NCBI GenBank assembly: GCA_038153405.1
Contig: JAYOYH010000058.1
Span: 1-27,311 of the forward strand
Length of the DNA stretch: 27,311 bases
Origin: Gemmatimonadota bacterium
GTDB lineage: Bacteria; Latescibacterota; UBA2968; UBA8231
Direction of reading: 5' to 3'
The position numbers were made by a program, and so were the translations under genes. A model generated the notes under the pieces. The model searched no databases. It was not told the origin of the DNA and was given only the letters and a program-made list of their open reading frames with translations. Shown here in pieces: positions 24,365 to 27,311 of this stretch; position 1 is the first letter of the stretch; each line of letters begins with the position of its first letter.

Positions 24365-24635
24365 TCACGATCTCCATTTTTTGCAAGATAAATTCGTATC
24401 CCACCACGTCCAATTCGCGGTCGTCAAAGGGTGCCTGCAGGTGGGGAAATTGCACGATCTGCCAGCCGTCGACCAGCGCATCGTGCACGGTTTTGTAGGG
24501 CCAGTCAAGAGCTTCGGCGCTTATTTCTACGCGAAAACCCGCGACGGGCTCGATCGGAGTCAGCCCAATGATGTCGGAGAAAACGCTGGGCGTGCGCGCG
24601 TGCAGGTAGAGCAGGCGCTGGCGCGGCTGGGGCAT
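24357..24635 (-). CDS. Small hypothetical protein (92 aa) translationally coupled to PhyH
   Basis: SD-like AAGAGAG and globular composition (RQRLLYL...PYKTVHDALVDGWQIVQFP...EFILQK). 8-nt overlap with the PhyH start. Confidence 0.75.
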   Translation of the reverse strand: MPQPRQRLLYLHARTPSVFSDIIGLTPIEPVAGFRVEISAEALDWPYKTVHDALVDGWQIVQFPHLQAPFDDRELDVVGYEFILQKMEIVNG

Positions 24636-24785
24636 GGCGTAGGCTCTCTTTCGCAGCGAGTGAAAAATCGAGCGCTAATATAGCGACGCGGCTGAGCGGC
24701 GACCAGTGGCCAGTGGGCGACCTTTTGTGCGCACCGGGATTGGCATTAGTTTATGCTGGCATTGGCACAAACAGGAGAAGAGTGT

Positions 24786-26021
24786 ATGAAAATAACCGCT
24801 ATCCAAGCCGTGAAGCTGCAGATGCCCTCGGCCGCGCCACCCTCGACTGCGCGCGCCGCATCTTCCGTTACTTCGCCGCAGTACGCCGTGGGCCATCCGC
24901 AGGCTGCCAGCAGCACGCCGCCGCGCCGCCCGGGCTGGGCCGAAGAGGCCGAAGTGGCCAATCCGATGTCGCGTTACCCGCACGTCAAGCGCCACCGCTC
25001 AATGTGGCTGCCCAAGGAGTGGGGCGCCGTCTGGTGCAAGGTGACGCTGGAGGACGGCACTTGGGGGCTGGGATCCACGGCGCACGGTAGACCGGTGGCC
25101 GCCGTTATCGAGGATCACCTGGCACCGCAGTTGGTCGGCCAAGATATCATGGCCGGCGAAAAGCTGGCCGATATGATGTTTCGCCTGACCAAACCCTACG
25201 GCACGGTGGGGCTGGCTTCCTACGCCATTAGCGCGGTGGATTTGGCTCTGTGGGATGCGCGCGGCAGGGCGCTGGACAAGCCGGTCTACGAGCTACTGGG
25301 CGGACCGCAAAAAGAAAAGCTGCTGTGCTACGCTACGGGCAACGACGTCGATTGGTATCTCGAGTTGGGCTTCAAGGCGTTCAAGCTGGCCTGTCCCTAC
25401 GGACCGGCCGATGGGCTGGATGGCCTGAAGAAAAACGAAGACTTCGTCGCAGCGGCGCGCGCGCAGATTGGCGATGCATGCGAGCTGATGCTCGACTGCT
25501 GGATGGCCTTTGACGTCGAGTACACCGTGCGCCTAGCCGAACGCCTGCGCCCCTACGGACTGAAGTGGATCGAGGAATGCCTGCTGTCGGAGGATTTCGA
25601 CGGCCATCGCGCGCTGCGCCAGCGCCTGCCCTGGCAGGGGTTGGCCACGGGTGAGCACTGGTATACGCACGTACCCTTTCAGTGGGCCTGTGCGCACCGA
25701 GTCGTCGATATTCTGCAGCCCGATATCCAGTGGGTCGGCGGCATGAGCACCTGCCTCAAGATCGCCGCCGCTGCCGATGCGGCAGGCCTAACGGTGCTGC
25801 CGCACGGCGGCGGCGGCACGGCCTTTGGCCAGCACTTCTCTTTGGCGATGGGCTGCGCACCGCTGGCCGAGTACTTTATCGGTTCGCCGCCCGGCGTGCC
25901 GCTGGAAGAGCTGCCGCGCATGCCGGGGGTGGCCATTGCGCGGGACGGCTGCGTGGTGCCCAGCGACGGGCCCGGCTTTGGCATGGAGGTGTCGGAAGAC
26001 TGGCTGGTGCCGTTTTTCTAG
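24786..26021 (+). CDS. rhmD: L-rhamnonate dehydratase-like enzyme (enolase superfamily)
   Basis: VANPMSRY, AISAVDLALWD, CYATG, FKLACPYGPADG, LMLDCWM, WIEE, TGEH, QPD and PHG. AGGAG SD before the ATG at 24786. Substrate not certain. Confidence 0.85.
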   Translation: MKITAIQAVKLQMPSAAPPSTARAASSVTSPQYAVGHPQAASSTPPRRPGWAEEAEVANPMSRYPHVKRHRSMWLPKEWGAVWCKVTLEDGTWGLGSTAHGRPVAAVIEDHLAPQLVGQDIMAGEKLADMMFRLTKPYGTVGLASYAISAVDLALWDARGRALDKPVYELLGGPQKEKLLCYATGNDVDWYLELGFKAFKLACPYGPADGLDGLKKNEDFVAAARAQIGDACELMLDCWMAFDVEYTVRLAERLRPYGLKWIEECLLSEDFDGHRALRQRLPWQGLATGEHWYTHVPFQWACAHRVVDILQPDIQWVGGMSTCLKIAAAADAAGLTVLPHGGGGTAFGQHFSLAMGCAPLAEYFIGSPPGVPLEELPRMPGVAIARDGCVVPSDGPGFGMEVSEDWLVPFF

Positions 26022-26041
26022 TGCATCGCCAGGTGGTTGGG

Positions 26042-26830
26042 TTAGCCTTGTAGCTCAGCGCGTAGCTGCGCGCCGTTGTCGTCCCACCACGTGTGCAAAA
26101 TAGTCACATCGGTGCCGATGCAGAAATGCCGTACGCCCATGTCGAGAAAGGGCTGCTGGCTGCCGTCCAAAAAGCGCAGCTCAGCACGTGGTTGTACGCC
26201 CGCTTCCAGCGCTTTCCTAAATACGTACTCCTGCGCTTGTAGCACTTCAGTTGCTGTTCGTTCGCCGGGTTTACCGATATTCATAGCATAGTCGGCTGCA
26301 CCCCACTGTATCATATCGACGCCGTCGACGGCGAGGATGTCTTCGAGCTGGTCAACGGCGCTCTGCTTTTCAATCATGACGACGACGACGATGTCGCGCA
26401 GGGCCTGCACATAGTCGGGGGTGCCACCATAGCCCATAAATGTAAATCGGCGCATGCCTACGCCGTAGGTGCCGCCCTCGTCGGGGTGATCGGCGCGCAC
26501 GCAGCGCACGCATTCGGCCGCATCTTCGGCCGAGCGCACATCGGCAAAGAGCACGCTGTGGAAACCCGATCCGACGGCGCGCTGAGCGACGTAGGCGCGG
26601 TGCTCGGCATCTACTTTGATCATCATCGACAGGTTGTATAGATCGCCGGCGCGGCCAAGGTTGTCGAGATCGTGTAAATCAAACGGCGCGTACTCGGCAA
26701 TAAATTCAACGTAGTCGTAGTGGCCCGTATGGCCGATGGCCTCAATAAGAGAAGGCCAGATGCTTTGAACGTGGGTGCCCAGAGTGGGTGCCCCCTGCTG
26801 CAGCTTCTGGCGCAGAATATTGGGTCGCAT
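26042..26830 (-). CDS. HpcH/HpaI class II pyruvate aldolase family protein (2-keto-3-deoxy sugar-acid aldolase-like)
   Basis: MRPNILRQKL..G..TLG, VMIEKQSAV..LEDIL, GVD...GAADY and GTD. GAGG SD. Start moved to ATG at 26830. Confidence 0.88.
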   Translation of the reverse strand: MRPNILRQKLQQGAPTLGTHVQSIWPSLIEAIGHTGHYDYVEFIAEYAPFDLHDLDNLGRAGDLYNLSMMIKVDAEHRAYVAQRAVGSGFHSVLFADVRSAEDAAECVRCVRADHPDEGGTYGVGMRRFTFMGYGGTPDYVQALRDIVVVVMIEKQSAVDQLEDILAVDGVDMIQWGAADYAMNIGKPGERTATEVLQAQEYVFRKALEAGVQPRAELRFLDGSQQPFLDMGVRHFCIGTDVTILHTWWDDNGAQLRAELQG

Positions 26831-26895
26831 GATGCTGAGTTCGCCTCTTTTTAGAGTGGGTTGCTTTGATGTAGGTCGTCCTAGGTGCCCATGCG

Positions 26896-27311
26896 CTACA
26901 CTTGCGTTTCCAAGCGGTCGGTAGCCGGCGCCGGCGCCGGCGACAGAGCGGATAGTTCGTCGCGCAGCGCATCGCCCATGTCGAAATCGGCCGCCGCCAG
27001 AGCGGGCACTAGCTGCTCGAGGTTGCGCCCGCCGATAATGGGTGCGGTGACGGCCGGGTGCGATTTGACCCAGGCCACGGCCAGCGTCACCGGATGCACG
27101 CCCTTGGCCGCGGCGCACTGGGTGAATTTCTCCGCGACCTCGTAGTAGACGTCGAGGCGGTAGCGCTTGGCGTAGTTTTCCTTTTCGAGAATGCGTCCGC
27201 TTTCAGGTCGCCTGTCGATGCCGTACTTGCCGCTGAGCAGCCCGCCGCCCACAGGGCTGTAGGGAATGACGCCGAGCTGCTCGGACTGCGCTAGGGGCAG
27301 GATTTCGACTT
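26896..27311 (-). CDS. Aldo/keto reductase, C-terminal fragment truncated by the window edge
   Basis: VEILPLAQSEQLGVIPYSPVGGGLLSGKY...LAVAWV..HPAVTAPIIGGRNLEQL. Confidence 0.92.
   Translation of the reverse strand, partial: VEILPLAQSEQLGVIPYSPVGGGLLSGKYGIDRRPESGRILEKENYAKRYRLDVYYEVAEKFTQCAAAKGVHPVTLAVAWVKSHPAVTAPIIGGRNLEQLVPALAAADFDMGDALRDELSALSPAPAPATDRLETQV

Overview
GC-rich window from a diderm bacterium (a lipoprotein and a TonB-dependent receptor are present). The gene content, rich in PhyH dioxygenases, enolase-superfamily dehydratases and BNR proteins, suggests an FCB-adjacent heterotroph such as Latescibacterota or Poribacteria; this is inference only. About 21 CDSs are dominated by sugar and sugar-acid catabolism: a heparinase II/III-like lyase, an amidohydrolase, DgoD-like, RhmD-like and KxD-type dehydratases, an IlvD/EDD dehydratase, an HpcH aldolase, an aldo/keto reductase, a Gfo/Idh/MocA oxidoreductase, an SSS symporter, two Asp-box propeller hydrolases and two PhyH dioxygenases. 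A low-GC islet (~8140-10700) carries a SulP transporter. Two signals stand out. (1) A small membrane ORF (20179-20490, minus) with HxxxH/CxxH and a C-terminal RAPP ribosome-arrest motif is followed by a structured 220-nt spacer and leads a His-rich lipoprotein plus a ZnuD-like TonB receptor. This looks like a variant of the CruR/CutF (DUF2946) metal-sensing nascent-peptide switch. (2) An unannotated ~120-nt plus-strand sRNA candidate (~21449-21567) has its own sigma70-like promoter, G-U-supported hairpins, an exposed CCCUCCC and a strong intrinsic terminator inside a minus-strand gene run. No rRNA, tRNA, CRISPR array or mobile element was seen.
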